Made by a program: the position numbers and the translations under genes | The notes under the pieces: model-generated | The model's database searches: none | The model's input: the letters and a program-made list of their open reading frames with translations, nothing else | Told to the model about the DNA's origin: nothing | Source of the DNA: Macrostomum lignano | Lineage: Eukaryota | Length of the DNA stretch: 64,000 nt | Direction of reading: 5' to 3' | Assembly (NCBI GenBank): GCA_002269645.1 | Contig: NIVC01000620.1 | Location: 310,001 to 374,000 of the forward strand | Shown here: one piece after another, positions 63,723-64,000 of the stretch | Numbering within the stretch: position 1 is the stretch's first letter | How the letters are laid out: each line of letters opens with the position of its first letter

Positions 63723-64000
63723 CTAGTTAGTCAGTTAGTTAGTCAGTTAGTCAGTTAGTTAGTTAGTCAGTTAGTTAGTTAGTCAGTCAGTCAGTTAGTC
63801 AGTTAGTTAGTCAGTTAGTCAGTTAGTTAGTTAGTCAGTTAGTTAGTTAGTCAGTTAGTTAGTTAGTTAGTCAGTTAGTCAGTTAGTTAGTTAGTTAGTT
63901 AGTCAGTTAGTTAGTTAGTCAGTCAGTCAGTTAGTCAGTTAGTTAGTCAGTTAGTCAGTTAGTTAGTTAGTCAGTTAGTTAGTTAGTCAGTTAGTTAGTC
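63665..64000. repeat. (GTTA/GTCA)n microsatellite
   Basis: Runs to the end of the window. Confidence 0.93.

Overview
Eukaryotic (metazoan) genomic DNA, very probably the flatworm Macrostomum lignano or a relative. This is an inference from GC-rich exons separated by minisatellite-filled introns, TTAGGG repeats and a match to the Macrostomum spliced leader as I recall it. Host genes: a multi-exon MAP7/ensconsin-like gene (+, about 7.4-38.6 kb), two secreted WSC-domain genes (42.1 kb +, and 51.9 kb - nested in an intron), an intronless divergent PP1-like phosphatase (-), an FBXO15-like F-box gene (+) and TMEM145 (+). There is also a fossil mariner transposase and about 30 tandem arrays. The highlight is a very young, full-length Ty3/Gypsy LTR retrotransposon (14079-22861, AATG target-site duplication, tRNA-Lys3 primer site, -1 gag-pol frameshift signal) in a MAP7 intron. 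It has two unusual features. (1) Both LTRs carry a 42-nt copy of the host trans-splicing spliced leader at the predicted transcription start, with the leader's terminal ATG destroyed. (2) In the env position it encodes an HPD-type DnaJ/J-domain protein, which an LTR ATG plus splice donor can reach in frame by splicing. All calls were made by eye; no database searches were run.
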